IMG/VR virus record: IMGVR_UViG_3300025614_000016
Location: 1-25,369 of that record
DNA length: 25,369 nt
Reading direction: 5' to 3' (one strand)
Source: a virus
Taxonomy: Duplodnaviria > Caudoviricetes
The stretch's first letter is position 1. Each line of letters begins with the position of its first letter. Below the pieces are notes generated by a model. The model ran no database searches. It was not told the DNA's origin and saw only the letters and a program-made list of their open reading frames with translations. The translations under genes were made by a program, and so were the position numbers. Shown piece after piece: positions 25,123-25,369 of this stretch.

Positions 25123-25369
25123 TGGTTTTACACTATAAACTAAAACCAAAAACCAAAGAGTCCGTTTTGGTAGTTTTGACTTTAAAAAAACTACCACTTA
25201 TTAAATAGAAGTCGCTTTGGTAGTTTAAGACTTCTCAAAACTAAACTACCATGAGTGCTGTGTAAATACTCTCGACTCAATCAACGACCTCTACACAGCA
25301 CTCCCTCTTTAGGATGCGGACTCCTTTGTTATGTTTTTTGACGCATCCCCGACCTGAGCATGTCTAAAC
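25123..25369 (+). ncRNA. Putative structured ncRNA: array of hairpins and pseudoknots, running off the window
   Basis: Perfect stems at 25123-25148, 25168-25196, 25218-25251, 25253-25303 and 25312-25348; no ORF. Strand is inferred from the upstream promoter. Confidence 0.6.

Noticed and set aside
25131-25140. Loop ACTATAAAC complementary to 21815-21823, and ATACTCTC (25266-25273) complementary to 7846-7853
   Set aside because: Single short AT-rich matches upstream of the predicted transcription starts; likely chance.
25157-25251. preQ1 or SAM-II/V riboswitch identity for the pseudoknots
   Set aside because: The ligand-binding consensus nucleotides are not recognisable and no downstream gene is visible.
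25123-25369. CRISPR-like array in the right-end repeats
   Set aside because: Only two related units, no constant repeat-spacer period and no cas genes; better explained as RNA structure.

Overview
AT-rich segment of a T4-like (myovirus-type, probably aquatic) phage genome. All credible genes are on the + strand. It carries the replication/recombination core (gp47 partial, gp46, gp45, gp44, gp62, regA, gp43, uvsX, gp40-like, gp41, dsbA-like, dexA-like) interleaved with accessory genes: peptide deformylase, P-loop kinase, TET/JBP-like dioxygenase plus GT-B glycosyltransferase, DUF262-HNH nuclease, vWA/peptidase plus CobS-like AAA+, GT-A protein, Hsp20, 2OG-Fe(II) oxygenase and a MazG-like protein. 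RNA genes are tRNA-Glu(TTC) and a circularly permuted two-piece tmRNA with tag ANADTYAIAA. Highlights: (1) the permuted tmRNA in a phage; (2) a non-coding hairpin/pseudoknot array at the right end whose loops are complementary to leader motifs and SD sequences shared by several of the phage's own promoter-proximal genes; (3) a TET+GT DNA-modification pair that both end in a sliding-clamp-type peptide, next to a GmrSD-like nuclease, in a window that appears to avoid RGCY/AGCT; (4) apparently leaderless mRNAs for gp46 and gp43. All assignments come from motif recognition by eye; no database searches were run.
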